This document shows, piece after piece, positions 32,636-44,055 of a stretch of DNA of 64,000 nucleotides. The translations under genes were made by a program, and so were the position numbers. The stretch is from an uncultured Planctomycetota bacterium. GTDB taxonomy: Bacteria > Planctomycetota > Planctomycetia > Pirellulales > Lacipirellulaceae. The stretch is from NCBI GenBank assembly GCA_963719315.1, contig CAVRBU010000002.1, positions 1,728,001 to 1,792,000 of the forward strand, given 5' to 3'. Position 1 is the stretch's first letter, and each line of letters starts with the position of its first letter. The notes beneath the pieces are model-generated. The model saw only the letters and a list, made by a program, of their open reading frames with translations. It did no database searches and was not told the DNA's origin.

Positions 32636-32976
32636 CGACCCGTTACTGAGCATCACAAAGTGCCGCTCTACGCTGCACTACCGAGGCGGACCTGCTTGCC
32701 TACACCAAAGTAATGCTTATGGCAGGCCCCGCCACCTAACGCTCGGGTCACCAATGCTAGATAGCCAAAGCAACCGATATAAGCTTACAATTATTGTCGC
32801 TTCAGTCGGGCAGATGGCTTGAACTGCAGTGATTTGGCAAACGAATCGCGATGGGGGGATGAATACTCATGACAGTAGTTCCTATTACTGAGACTTCGCC
32901 GCTCGCGGGCCTCTGGAGCAGAGCGCTCGTAAGGGGCGGAACTGCGTCATCGAATCGGATGCCATTGAGTAAGTGC

Positions 32977-34143
32977 ATGAAGAGAACGGTGGTCGAACTC
33001 GCTGCGTGTTCCCTACTGATATGGATCTTTCCATCTCACTTTGTTCTGGCGGACGATGTTGAAACCCAGATTCGAACGATCTTGAAGGTGCAGAAAGCAG
33101 GAGCGGGGCATGCCGCGGCGGTCCCCGTGTTGAGAAGTCTGGCGCAGCAGCCGTCGACGGCGCTAATTCCGCTGCTACGCGGAATGGATCGGGCGAATCC
33201 GCTGGCGGCGAATTGGTTGCGAGGTGCTTTCGAGGCGATCGCCGACCGGAATCTCAAGGCAGGACCACCGCTGCCAAAAGACGAGCTGGAAAAGTTTGCG
33301 CTGGACCGGGGGCACGCTCCCCAATCTCGCCAATTGGCGTTCGACTGGCTAGTTAGAATCGATCCGACCGCCACGGATCGGCTTGTTCCTGGGATGCTCG
33401 ATGATCCGAGTACGGACTTTCGACGCGCGGCCGTGCAACGATTGATTGCCGCGGCTGGCAAGGCTGACGAAGCGAAGCATACCGCGGAGAGCAAGCAAAT
33501 CTACGTGCGAGCGTTTCGTGCCGCACTAGATCCGGATCAGTTGGATCTGGTGTTTGATGAGCTGACCAAGATGGGAGAGAAACCCGACCTGAAGCGTCAA
33601 TTGGGATTGCTCAACAGCTGGTGGTTAATCGGACCGTTTGATCACCGGAAGGGGATCGGATTCGATGCGGTTTACCCGCCGGAAACGGAGATCGATCTGC
33701 AGAAGACGTACACGGGAACTGTCGGAGAAGTGCCATGGCTCAAAAAAGAGTCTGATGAGCGACATGCGATTCTGGATCTGAATAAATTGATCGCACCTCA
33801 CAAGGGAGCAGTGGCATACGCCTTTCAGGAGTTCGAAACGGATCGTGCGCGTCCGGTTGAGATTCGACTTGGAACGCCGAATGGCTGGAAACTGTGGGTC
33901 AACGGGAAACTGATATTCGCCCACGAGGAATATCATTTGTTGACTCAGATGGACCAATACCGGACGCCAGCGTTGCTTCAGGCGGGAACCAACAGAATCC
34001 TGCTAAAGATCTGTCAGAATGAACAAAAGGAAGACTGGGCACAGGATTGGGAGTTTCAGGTCCGTGTCTGCGATTCGTCGGGGACGGCTGTTCTGCCGGT
34101 GAATGCGAATCGACCGGATGCCGCGAGTGCCGCGCAAAAGTGA
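32977..34143 (+). CDS. Secreted hypothetical protein (helical N-terminus, carbohydrate-binding-like C-terminus)
   Basis: Signal peptide; WWLIGPFD, VYPPE, VAYAF, KLWVNG, GTNRILLKICQ. Confidence 0.8.
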   Translation: MKRTVVELAACSLLIWIFPSHFVLADDVETQIRTILKVQKAGAGHAAAVPVLRSLAQQPSTALIPLLRGMDRANPLAANWLRGAFEAIADRNLKAGPPLPKDELEKFALDRGHAPQSRQLAFDWLVRIDPTATDRLVPGMLDDPSTDFRRAAVQRLIAAAGKADEAKHTAESKQIYVRAFRAALDPDQLDLVFDELTKMGEKPDLKRQLGLLNSWWLIGPFDHRKGIGFDAVYPPETEIDLQKTYTGTVGEVPWLKKESDERHAILDLNKLIAPHKGAVAYAFQEFETDRARPVEIRLGTPNGWKLWVNGKLIFAHEEYHLLTQMDQYRTPALLQAGTNRILLKICQNEQKEDWAQDWEFQVRVCDSSGTAVLPVNANRPDAASAAQK

Positions 34144-34212
34144 TTTGTACGCAGAGACAACCCAGTGATGCCAGCTTTGTCACGCATCTATAGAACATCT
34201 GAAAGGGAATTG

Positions 34213-35424
34213 ATGAGAGGGTTGGCATGCATTCTCAGCTTGATTGTTTTGTCGGCGAACATCCGTGCTGAAGACTGGCGACAATTCCGGGGAAATGAAA
34301 GTTCCGGCGTAAGCTCAGAACGTAATCTGCCTACAAAGCTGGACGATGCGACGACGCTCAAATGGAAGTCCTCGCTCCCTGGTCGAGGGCTGTCGGGGCC
34401 AGTTGTGATCGGAGATCGCGTGTTTCTGACCGCCAGCAGCGGTTACCGGGACGACCAACTGCATGTGCTCTGCTTTTCGGCTGCCACCGGCGAGCAACGT
34501 TGGGACCGGCAATTCAGGGCCACAGGTCGAACCGTTTGTAACGAATTCATGTGCATGGCAACGCCCCAGCCGTGCAGTGATGGTGAACGGATCTACGCTT
34601 ACTTTTCTTGTAACGACGTGATCTGCCTAGATCTGGATGGGAATCTGATTTGGTATCGTGGGTTGGGGCTCGATTATCCCAATACAAGCAGTTCGTTGGG
34701 GATGTCTTCTTCGCCGATTGTTGTGGATGACACCCTGGTGCTGCAATTGGATACCGACAGCGAGTCGTTCGTGGCAGGACTAAACGCTCTCACGGGAGAA
34801 ACGCGATGGAAACTGGACCGTGAAAAATCGGCGATTTTTGCGTCGCCAGTGCTGTTTCGCTTTTCGAAAAATCCAGTACCGCAGGTGGTTCTTCATTCGA
34901 AGAAGTCGCTGCTGTCGGTTGATCCGCGAACGGGAAAAGAGAATTGGAAAGTCGAGCAGGCCTGCCGTTCGATTCCTTCGACAACCGTGGCGGGAGACTT
35001 ATTGGTAACGCCCTTTGAGGCGCTAACGCTGCTCCGACCGATTGGGACGACCGGGACCCCCGAATCGGTCTGGAGCGAAGCGCGGCTTTCGCCAGACACG
35101 TCGACTCCAGTAGCCTACCAAAACCAGGTGTATGTCCTGAAAGGATCCGTTCTGTCATGCACCGATTTGAAGACGGGGAAGATCGACTGGCAAATGCGAT
35201 TGAATTGTAAGAGTGCCTACGCTTCGCCGCTGGCGGGCAACGGACATTTGTATCTTGCAGACGAAAACGGAGTGCTACAAACGATTCGCTTAGGGGGAAA
35301 GAAAGGTGAGGTTGCCAGCCGCCTGGATTTGGGGGAACCGATCCTGTGCACACCAGCGCTCGCAAGCGGTGCCCTCTACTTGCGTAGCGACAAGCATTTG
35401 TGGAAGTTCGCGGATGCAATGTGA
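34213..35424 (+). CDS. PQQ-like beta-propeller repeat protein
   Basis: DWRQFRG N-terminus; repeated SSP/TG...W units; ends LYLRSDKHLW. Confidence 0.9.
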   Translation: MRGLACILSLIVLSANIRAEDWRQFRGNESSGVSSERNLPTKLDDATTLKWKSSLPGRGLSGPVVIGDRVFLTASSGYRDDQLHVLCFSAATGEQRWDRQFRATGRTVCNEFMCMATPQPCSDGERIYAYFSCNDVICLDLDGNLIWYRGLGLDYPNTSSSLGMSSSPIVVDDTLVLQLDTDSESFVAGLNALTGETRWKLDREKSAIFASPVLFRFSKNPVPQVVLHSKKSLLSVDPRTGKENWKVEQACRSIPSTTVAGDLLVTPFEALTLLRPIGTTGTPESVWSEARLSPDTSTPVAYQNQVYVLKGSVLSCTDLKTGKIDWQMRLNCKSAYASPLAGNGHLYLADENGVLQTIRLGGKKGEVASRLDLGEPILCTPALASGALYLRSDKHLWKFADAM

Positions 35425-35661
35425 CTTGTTAGCGCGTGACACTCGTCAACAACCCGGTACGCCGTGCAAGTCCGCGATCTCCAGTGGGAGCGAATCCCAC
35501 CCGGCAAATCGGTCGCTCGGCCGGAAGCAACCAGAGCGACGAAGGACCGGACAGCGCGTATCAAAACTCGTCAACGCGTGACAGTGCCGTTTATCGACCG
35601 ATTACGACTCCTGGGACGACTGTATGCTCAGGTGCCACGAGACCGATTTTGAGCGTACGGA

Positions 35662-36960
35662 TTACCTGACCCTCGACTGGCCAAGATGATGGTGAGGCAG
35701 CGATTTCATCGCGAGGTGGACGATCCTCCAACAGGCTCTCCCACACGATGGCAGGGTTTTCGAGCGCGGCAGCATTTTATGGCCCGGGAATCCCTGCAGC
35801 AGCCAATACGCCTGCACAAGCGTCAGAAGTCCGACAAGACTGGCCAGCACGATGCTGTGCCAGAATACGAACCGTAAGATTTTCCCCTCGGTGCCGTGCT
35901 GCCCCGTGGCGGCCGATGCGACGACGATGCTTTGCGCATCAATCATCTTTCCCATTACGCCACCCGTGCTGTTGGCCGCACAGATTAGGATCGGGTTGAG
36001 CCCTAACCGCTCGGCCGTGATCCGCTGCAGGTTTCCAAACATCGCATTGCTTGACGTATCACTCCCAGTGAGTGCGACTCCCAGCCAACCCAACATCGCC
36101 GCGAATAATGGATACAGCCAGCCTGTCCGAGTAAACGCCAGACCGAGCGTCACGTCGGTGCCGCTGTACTGACTGACATACGCGATGGCCAGCATCGCCG
36201 CGATCGTGAAGAGTGACCCGCGTAGCCGATGCAGCGTGTGCACCAGGGTGCGGCCAAATCGTAACGGTGTGACTCCCAGCCAGGCGGCCGAGAAAATCGC
36301 CGAAGCCAGAATTCCGGTGCCTGTCGCGCTGAGCCAATTGAAGCGAAACTCTGCCACCTTCGGTTTATTCTCGCCGCCGATGATCATCGCGTCGGCCCGC
36401 ACCAGCCCATTCAGATGCGGCACCGACCATCGCAGTTCGCTGACGCCGGTGAGCATAGTCGGCCGTTCCCACCAAGCAGGCGCGGTATTTTCCGAACGTC
36501 GCGGCCGACTGGACCGCCGCCGGCTTTCCACCGTCAAGAAACGTCCGAATCTGCGGAATGCCCTACAGAAACACACACGCCGAAAGTATTACCCACGGCA
36601 CCCATGCCCGCACCGTTTCGCGCCGCGAGTATTTGTGGATGCCCAATCGCGAGATAATTCGCGCCGATTCATCAACGTGCTCTGCCGCGAAGTGCCACAC
36701 CTCACTCGGCCGCCACACGCGTAACAGCGCCGTCAAAGCGAGCATCGAGGCGACGCCGCCTAGCACATCCGTCAGCGATGGCCCTAGATAATTCGACACC
36801 AAGAACTGCACCGCAGCGAACGTGCCGCCGCACACGATCACCGCCGGCCATGCGCCTCGCATCCCCTTCCAACCCGACATGGTGCATACCATCCAGGCCG
36901 GAATGATCAACGAGAACAAAGGCAGTTGCCTCCCCGCCATCGCCGATAATTGCGTTTCCG
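35662..36960 (-). pseudogene. L-lactate permease remnant (5'-truncated, with internal stop and frameshift)
   Basis: GRQLPLFSLIIP, NWLSATGTGIL, LGWLGVALTGSDTSSNAMFG, ANSTGGVMGKMI; TAG at 36563-36565. Confidence 0.85.
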
Positions 36961-37699
36961 GGTCGCAGACCAGTTTACTGTCCCGATCATCCTCCTTGCG
37001 ATGCGATACGGCAAAGCGAGAGAGATAGTTGATGCCACCGCCCTCCGGATGCGTCTTACTGCACACAAATACCTGGCCGTTTTCGCGGTAGTGCGGATGA
37101 AACGCCAGGCAGTAAATGGCCCGATCTTTGAGCTCCAGGAAGGGCTCCGAGGGCTGGCCGCCCGCTCGATCGAGCACGCACACCGCGCGGTCTGGTGCGA
37201 AACGCGGGGGGAGTTTTTTGTCGTCGCCTTGGCTGTTCGATTCGGCGGCGATCGGTTGGGGCCACTCGGCAAAAACCAGCCCTTCGCTGCCGGGCTCGCG
37301 GATCGCGAAGACTGGATGGCAGGTTCCAAATTCAAACGCGACAGCTAGATCGCGGCAATTTGTGCGATTTGGCGCTGCTAGCTGCGAATTCATCGATTGC
37401 GTTGTTCGCGACTCGAAAAATGCCGCAGAAAACGAGCCCACTCGTGTCGCGTTTGTTTTTTGAACCTGCCGATTCTTCCATGCGATCTGCGTGAACACGG
37501 GCTCGACGGTATACGGCGGGAGCGGTTCTGGCGAACCAACCACGCGGGATTCGATCCAACGTGGGCGCTCACGTAGTACGGTCTTTACATTCTCGCCAAG
37601 CGTCTGGCCTGCTAATTGAAAAATGGCGACGAGAGCGACAAAAACTCCTAGTCGCATGAGCCAAAGGCGAAGCCACACATTACAGGCGCACCGATTCAT
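36960..37699 (-). pseudogene. N-terminal fragment of a PQQ-dependent sugar dehydrogenase-like protein fused to the permease remnant
   Basis: SRVVGSPEPLPPY, LAFHPHYRENGQVFV, SRF...CDPE; interrupted by a MITE. Confidence 0.7.
37318..37470. mobile_element. 153-bp MITE
   Basis: 26-bp terminal inverted repeats GGCAGGTTC...CAAACGCGACA (23/26 match); 3-bp target duplication GAT. Confidence 0.88.
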
Positions 37700-37905
37700 G
37701 CTTGACCGCCGGAATATACTAGTACGCATCGGCAACGACACACCGAGAAGGTTCCATCGCTTGGAAGATTATAGCGGGTCTCGTGTGCCGATAGTCACCT
37801 GCTCGGTTACAATCCGTAGACCGAATTGATCGCATATCCGAACGCCTATACAATTTCATGCCAGTCTATCTAAGCGTCCCAACTTTAAGACAGCCTGTTT
37901 TCATC

Positions 37906-39180
37906 ATGATTCCACTCGATCGTTCCCGGCGCTCATTCGTAAAAACTACTGTCGCGATGGCAGCGACAACATGCGTGATGGCGGGTTGGTTCGAGGCGCC
38001 GGTGGGCAGAGCCGCCGGGCCACTGATCGCTTATGTCGGAACCTTCAGTTCTCCGCTTCGCGATGTTTTGTCAACCCAGGTGGACCTGCCGCCCGGCAAT
38101 GGTCGCGGCATTCACATCTTTAACGTGGACCGCTCCACCGGCGCGATGACGCCGGCCGGTATCTTTGAAATGAGCTCGAGCCCGAGCTGTCTGGCTCTGA
38201 ATGCGGCCGGAAAACGCCTTTATTCGGCCAATGAGACGGATCGGGCGGGCGACAATAAGGAAGGCACCGTCAGCGCCTTCACGATCAATGGGGGTGACGG
38301 GAAACTAGAGCGGCTCAACTCTGTTCCTTCTGGCGGCGCCGGTCCCACGTATCTAAGCCTGCACCCAGGCGGACGGTTTCTGCTGGTGGCCAACTACGTT
38401 GGCGGTTCCGTGGCGGTGCTGCCGATTTTGGCCGACGGTCGATTGGGCGAAGCCACGGATATTAAAAAGGATACGGGAAAGGTCGGTCCCGCCCGGGCAA
38501 CTAATTCGCCACCGGGCAGTTTCGCTTTCAGCGGACACGATGGATCTCACGTACACATGGTCCAGGCCGATCCTTCAGGGCGATTTGTCCTCGATGTTGA
38601 TTTGGGCCTGGATCAAATCTTCGTTTGGAAGTTCGACGAGCAGAGCGGCACACTGACTGCGAACGAACCGCCCGCGGTCTCACTACCACCCGGCGACGGA
38701 CCGCGGCACTTTCACTTTCACCCCAATGGACGTTGGTTGTATTCAATTCAGGAGGAAGGCTCGACGATCGTGTTATTTGACTACGATACGCGAACTGGGC
38801 GGCTAACTCCGCGGCAGACGACCTCCACGCTGCCCCCCGGCTTTGCCGGCAGTAACTTCTGCTCCGAGATCCTGGTTTCTACCGATGGGCGGTTTGTCTA
38901 TGCGGGCAACCGACTGCACGACAGCATTGGAATCTTTTCCGTTGGCTCAAACGGCGAGCTGACTTTCATCCGAGAAGAATGGACACGCGGGAACTATCCG
39001 CGTAGTTTCAATTTCGATCCCACTGGCCAGTTTCTTTATTGCTGCAATCAACGTGGTGACAACATCGCCATCTTCCGCGTGGATCGCAAAACCGGTGGCC
39101 TCAACTTCACCGATCATTACGCCCCTGTCGGCAATCCTTCGATGATCGCCTTCCTCGACCTTGCGAATTCCGATCGATGA
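37906..39180 (+). CDS. Lactonase family 7-bladed propeller (6-phosphogluconolactonase-like), Tat signal
   Basis: SRRSFV; YVGT, VANYVGGSV, DLGLD, GDGPRH, YAGNR and PRSF motifs. Confidence 0.9.
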   Translation: MIPLDRSRRSFVKTTVAMAATTCVMAGWFEAPVGRAAGPLIAYVGTFSSPLRDVLSTQVDLPPGNGRGIHIFNVDRSTGAMTPAGIFEMSSSPSCLALNAAGKRLYSANETDRAGDNKEGTVSAFTINGGDGKLERLNSVPSGGAGPTYLSLHPGGRFLLVANYVGGSVAVLPILADGRLGEATDIKKDTGKVGPARATNSPPGSFAFSGHDGSHVHMVQADPSGRFVLDVDLGLDQIFVWKFDEQSGTLTANEPPAVSLPPGDGPRHFHFHPNGRWLYSIQEEGSTIVLFDYDTRTGRLTPRQTTSTLPPGFAGSNFCSEILVSTDGRFVYAGNRLHDSIGIFSVGSNGELTFIREEWTRGNYPRSFNFDPTGQFLYCCNQRGDNIAIFRVDRKTGGLNFTDHYAPVGNPSMIAFLDLANSDR

Positions 39181-39227
39181 GGTGAGTGGGGCACCGGGTC
39201 ATTCATCAACAAGCCCAATCGCACCGC

Positions 39228-40493
39228 TCACACATTCCAAAACAAGGATGCTTTTGGCGCCGCGTATCGTGCCGCCATCTCCGGAGTTTCCACTACTTTT
39301 TCGCCGCGATGGAGCGACTCGATGCCGGCGAGCGTCATCCCAGAGGTGAGCAGCGTGCGCTCGATTGGATACGTTGCCGCATTGTCAACGATCATGTGCT
39401 CAATGTGGTGAATCAATGGATTGAAGAAATTCGCCGTGGTTGAACCGTGGTCGGGCATGGGCAAGTACATCTGGCAGGAAATGATTTCTCCGGTTTCGGC
39501 GTTGAGCCCGGCATAGTTGAAATCTCGAATCGGAAGCATGAACAGGGTCGTCCGCAGGCCGTCGCGATGTTCAATGAAGTAGGCCCAGCCATCAGGAAAT
39601 ACTTTGCGGGTCCACTCAAACGTAACGGGATCCGTTGGATAGCCATTCTCTTCGGGCAGATTGTGGCTGCGAGTTAGCGCGGCGACGAGCAGTCGCTGTG
39701 TCGCGTCGCGAGCGGCGACTACATTCCACATTTTTTCACCGCGCAGTGCCTGAACGCTTTTTATGCCCATTTCGCGGCCCTTGCGCCGCTCAGACATGCA
39801 TTGGGCCGTCTCCAGGCCGTGGAAGTCGAAGCTGTCCATGCGACCATAGCCCGCGCAAACGCTTTCGGACAGCGGCGTGCCGTGGGGCATGTCGATGGCC
39901 GGCATTCGCCGGGTAACCGGTAGCGACGAGCCGGCCATGAATGGGAACTGCAGCCGCTTTGAGTCGTTCACCATCTCAACGCATTGCGACCATTCGGTAG
40001 AGAGGTGTTGATCGTTGAACACTGGAATGCTGCGACCTCTGGCTTCAAATACCTTTACCACCTGCTTGAAAAACTTGTAGCGTGGATACAGCGTCTGGCC
40101 ACGTTCATTGCGAGGATAATCGCCGTGCCCGCCGATGATGACGACGCCATCCACGGCAAGATTTGAGCCACCGAGCGTTAGTGCATCCTCAACCGTCGGA
40201 TGAATCGGAACTCCATGTCACTTGGCCGTGGCACGCGCGAGGTCGTTATCGGGGATTTGATCGATGTAGAGAGACACGAGGTCGACATCCGGTCGGTGCC
40301 AGCTGCCGCCCCAAGCGTAGCCCAGCAGGAATCGATCGAGAAAATGCTGAGCGTGCGAAAGTTAATACACCGCTGTGCCGACTAGAGCGATTTTTTTCCG
40401 GCGGTTCTCGGCCGCACGAAGCGGAGCACACATCAGTGCGGAGGCGGCCAACGAGGAAGCGAGAAACGATCGGCGGGAAAGTGTATTGCTCAT
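39228..40493 (-). pseudogene. Tat-exported oxidoreductase-like hypothetical protein with two in-frame stops
   Basis: Hand translation MSNTLSRRSFL...VY*LSHAQH...AK*HGVP...AVDGVV runs in frame into ORF 39228-40154. Confidence 0.8.
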
Positions 40494-40677
40494 GGCGTTA
40501 AGGCAACTAGGCGTTCGATTTGTCAGCCAAGATGCCCAGCGTGATGCACTGGTGGTCGATCCTATTCTCTATCGTCGCCCGATGCCATAATGTTATGCTT
40601 CGAATGACGCGACAATATCGGTTTGCTATTATGGCCGTCATGGGGACGACTTGCGGGCAAATGACGGTGTGCAACCA

Positions 40678-41814
40678 ATGACTCAGATCGAAAGAATTGT
40701 CGCTACGGAAGTCGTCGTGCCCGCACGTTCTGGAACGATCAACAGTCTGGGCATCGATCAACCGCTCCACAAACTGCCGGTCGCCGGGCAGGAGTCTTGG
40801 ACCGTTCAGTTCGATGCATTGCCAAAATGCATCTTGAAATTGTACCTCAGCAATGGCATCATCGGCCTCGGCGAGTTGTATCGCGATCACGACTGGCGGG
40901 TCGTCGAAAGCATCGCGCGGCGACTTCTCGGCTCAACGTTCGAAGACTTGCCTCGCCAGAAGCTGCCGATCGCCCACTGCCGCGAATACGATGGCTTCGA
41001 GTGCGCGATATGGGACGCCTACGCGAAACAACATGGCGTGCCGCTCGTCGACCTGCTGGGCGGCCCGGTACAAAAACAACTTTGCGTCGGCGCCTGGTCC
41101 GGTCATCGTACGCTCGTCGATATCAAGCCACTCGCCGTCCGCGTTGCCGCCGCTGGCTACAACTGCATCAAGTTCAAATGCGGCCTGGAAGATGATGTGG
41201 CCGGGTGGTGCCGAGAGATAGCTGAACACGCGCCTGGCCTGCAAATCATCCTCGACCCGAACGAGCGTTGGGAAACGTCGGCCAATGCGCGGCAGCGGAT
41301 TGAAGAACTCCGCGCGATCGGCAACGTGCTCTGCCTGGAAGATCCGATTCCCCGCTGGATGCTGGCCGAATATGCCGACTTGAAAGCATTTTCCCGCATC
41401 CCGATCGTGCTCCACGTGTCGCTTCCGTACATTTACCACGGGCAGCGCGTGCACGATGCGATTCGCGCGCTGCAGCTTTCGGCCGTCGACGGCTTCAACT
41501 TTAATGGCGGCTTGGTCGGCTTCCAGCAACTCGACCGCATTGCCGCGGCTGCCGGACTGCCCTGCTGGCATGGATCGGAGATCGATTTGGGCATTTTAGA
41601 AGCGATGTATCTCCACCAGTGTGCTGCAGCGTCAAGCTGCACATGGCCATCGGATATTTTTGGACGCCTGATTCGCGAGCACGATTTGCTTGTTCAACCA
41701 CTCGACCTGCGGCCGCCGTTCGCGACTGTTCCGACCGGCCCCGGACTTGGCGTCGAGCTTGATCGCGACGCGATTCGCCACTACGAAACCGATGTGAAAG
41801 AATTTCGCGCATGA
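40678..41814 (+). CDS. Enolase superfamily (mandelate racemase/MLE-like) protein
   Basis: GIIGLGE, AIWDAYAK, KFK, LDPN, LEDP and PTGPGLGVELD motifs. Confidence 0.9.
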   Translation: MTQIERIVATEVVVPARSGTINSLGIDQPLHKLPVAGQESWTVQFDALPKCILKLYLSNGIIGLGELYRDHDWRVVESIARRLLGSTFEDLPRQKLPIAHCREYDGFECAIWDAYAKQHGVPLVDLLGGPVQKQLCVGAWSGHRTLVDIKPLAVRVAAAGYNCIKFKCGLEDDVAGWCREIAEHAPGLQIILDPNERWETSANARQRIEELRAIGNVLCLEDPIPRWMLAEYADLKAFSRIPIVLHVSLPYIYHGQRVHDAIRALQLSAVDGFNFNGGLVGFQQLDRIAAAAGLPCWHGSEIDLGILEAMYLHQCAAASSCTWPSDIFGRLIREHDLLVQPLDLRPPFATVPTGPGLGVELDRDAIRHYETDVKEFRA

Positions 41815-42236
41815 ACGAATCTACTCCGCCTGCTTCCCATCCCAGCGTGCCCGCCAAGCGAATGCCGGCCGGAGCCATTCAACATTCGACCGCGGGCCCG
41901 TATTCGCCCGTTCTCGAAATCCAAGCAGATCGCCTCATTGTGATTTCTGGCCAGGTAGCGATCGATTTGCAAGGCAACATCGTGGGCGACACGATCGAGG
42001 AACAAACTCGCGCCACGCTTGCCAATTGCCGCCGCCAATTGGAGTCGGCCGGATGCACGTTCGACGACGTTTTCAAAGTCAATACATACATGGCCGATCT
42101 CAATGATTGGAACCGCTTCAACGCAGTCTACCTGGAAAGTTTTCAGGAGCCACGACCAGTGCGAACGACCATTGGTGCAAAACTGCTGCGCACTTTCCTC
42201 ATCGAGATCGAGATGTGGGCCGCCAAACGGGCGTGA
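41811..42236 (+). CDS. RidA/YjgF family protein
   Basis: GPYSP, ISGQ, FNAVY, PVRT and IEIE motifs; overlaps the upstream stop. Confidence 0.92.
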   Translation: MNESTPPASHPSVPAKRMPAGAIQHSTAGPYSPVLEIQADRLIVISGQVAIDLQGNIVGDTIEEQTRATLANCRRQLESAGCTFDDVFKVNTYMADLNDWNRFNAVYLESFQEPRPVRTTIGAKLLRTFLIEIEMWAAKRA

Positions 42237-42266
42237 CCGGGTAGAGTCCCGTCGCCACGACATCGC

Positions 42267-43649
42267 CTACACGATCAATTCAGCAGGCACATCGTGACGC
42301 TTGTCGTAAAACGTTCGCGTCGGGTTGATGATAGCCCAAGTTGTCAACGCCACTAGAAACCCGGCCGCATACACGCCGAATAGCGCACTCCAGCCCATTG
42401 TGTGAAACACCCGCGCCCCGATGTACGGCTGCACGGCGTGGCCCAAGCAGCCAACCATATTCATGAACCCGACGGCGATCCCGGCGTTCCGGCCTCCAAC
42501 GTCGACCATTGAAGCCCAACTCGCCGCCTGTCCAAAGTCGAACGCGGCAGCAGCCACGCACATCAGAATCGTGGCACTACGCGCCGTTTCCGCGTGTCGA
42601 ATTGCGAGCATCGCCGCTGCGGCCACAAGGCAACCAGTCACCGGAAAGACTGCCCGCCCAACCCGCCGCCAGCCGCTTCGTTTCACAAACGAGTCGCTCA
42701 GTACGCCCCCCACAAAGCACGCGATACCGCCAAAAATCAGCGGCAGGGCCGACGACCATTCGGAATCGTCGAAGCTCACATGCTGCACCTCTTTCATGTA
42801 CCGCGGCATCCAACTCACGAAGAATGACCAACCGATGCCGCCGCAGAAAAAATAGATCGCCAGTCCCCATGCCGATGGTGACGTCAGTAGGCGAAGCCAT
42901 ACCTGAGCGTCACCGGCGTGACTCGTCTCGATCGAGCCGCGTCCCGCTTCGATATGGCGCAGCTCCGCCGGACTGACAGATTCTTTTTGAGCCGGATCAT
43001 CACGGAACCAGGGATAGAAACCCAGGCACCACACGACGCCGATCGCGCCGGAAACAAAAAACGCGATCCGCCAGGGCGCCATCGTCGCGAAACAGACACC
43101 GGCGTTCGATTCGCCCATGCTTGCCTGCAACGAGCCAATGCCGCGGGTCATCGTACCGAAAAATATCGGTGCAAACGCGGCGCCCCACCGCGCCGTCAGC
43201 CACAATAGGCCGCCGGCTCGGGCGCGTTCCACGATCGGCAGCCAGCGTGATTGAATACGGGCCATATTCGGATAGGCGCCTGCCTCGCCAACGCCAAACA
43301 GGAAGCGATAAATCAGCAGCGAATAGAATCCAGTGGCCGCGCCAGTCAGCACCGTAAACAGTGACCATGCGAGCACAATTCGTGTGATTGTAAACCGTGC
43401 GCCCATGCGGTCTCCCATCCAGCCGCCGGGAATCTCAAACAGCGCATACGCCAGCCAAAACGTCCCGAATACAATTCCCATCTGTTCATCGTTAATCGAC
43501 AGCGATGCTTGAATGCCCTCCTGTGCACGAACGATACATTGGCGGTCGTAATACGTGAGAAACGACAGGACGCACAAAAACACCATCACCCTGACACGAA
43601 CTCGGGTCCGGGCTTCGCCGAATTGGGCGCGCATGTCATCTTGCAACAT
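42267..43649 (-). CDS. MFS transporter (anion:cation symporter-like)
   Basis: YYDR, EIPGGWMGDRMG, RFLFGVGEAGAYP; about 12 TM segments. Confidence 0.92.
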   Translation of the reverse strand: MLQDDMRAQFGEARTRVRVRVMVFLCVLSFLTYYDRQCIVRAQEGIQASLSINDEQMGIVFGTFWLAYALFEIPGGWMGDRMGARFTITRIVLAWSLFTVLTGAATGFYSLLIYRFLFGVGEAGAYPNMARIQSRWLPIVERARAGGLLWLTARWGAAFAPIFFGTMTRGIGSLQASMGESNAGVCFATMAPWRIAFFVSGAIGVVWCLGFYPWFRDDPAQKESVSPAELRHIEAGRGSIETSHAGDAQVWLRLLTSPSAWGLAIYFFCGGIGWSFFVSWMPRYMKEVQHVSFDDSEWSSALPLIFGGIACFVGGVLSDSFVKRSGWRRVGRAVFPVTGCLVAAAAMLAIRHAETARSATILMCVAAAAFDFGQAASWASMVDVGGRNAGIAVGFMNMVGCLGHAVQPYIGARVFHTMGWSALFGVYAAGFLVALTTWAIINPTRTFYDKRHDVPAELIV

Positions 43650-44055
43650 TATGACAAACTAGCGATTGCAAGACGCCATCGCAACTCGGTGAAATCATTG
43701 GCGTGACGAACTGGCGACGAGACCAAGCACATCGGCCAATTTCCCCGTATAAATTCACCAGGGTCCAACATCGGTGGTCTTAGCGTCCCGTTCGCACTGG
43801 TAATCGAATGCATGGGATTCCGAATACTTGCCCAAACGAGTGACTCGCGCCCGAATTGTTGCGGGCCGCTGCGGCAATATCACACTCCCTGACGTAATGC
43901 CAAAAATGGCGCACCCAGTGACTAATCATGGACAACGGGTCCCATTAACTCGTCAGTGTATGAGATGTGGCGAATAACGACCGTTTAGAGACGTTTTTCG
44001 ATGTATGGACTCAGGGCCGAAAATAGTCTGCCGCGGACTATCCCCGACAGCACGC

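Noticed and set aside
39228..40493. Stop-codon recoding or selenocysteine in the Tat protein
   Set aside because: The stops are of different types (TAA and TGA) and neighbouring genes are also decayed, so pseudogenisation is simpler
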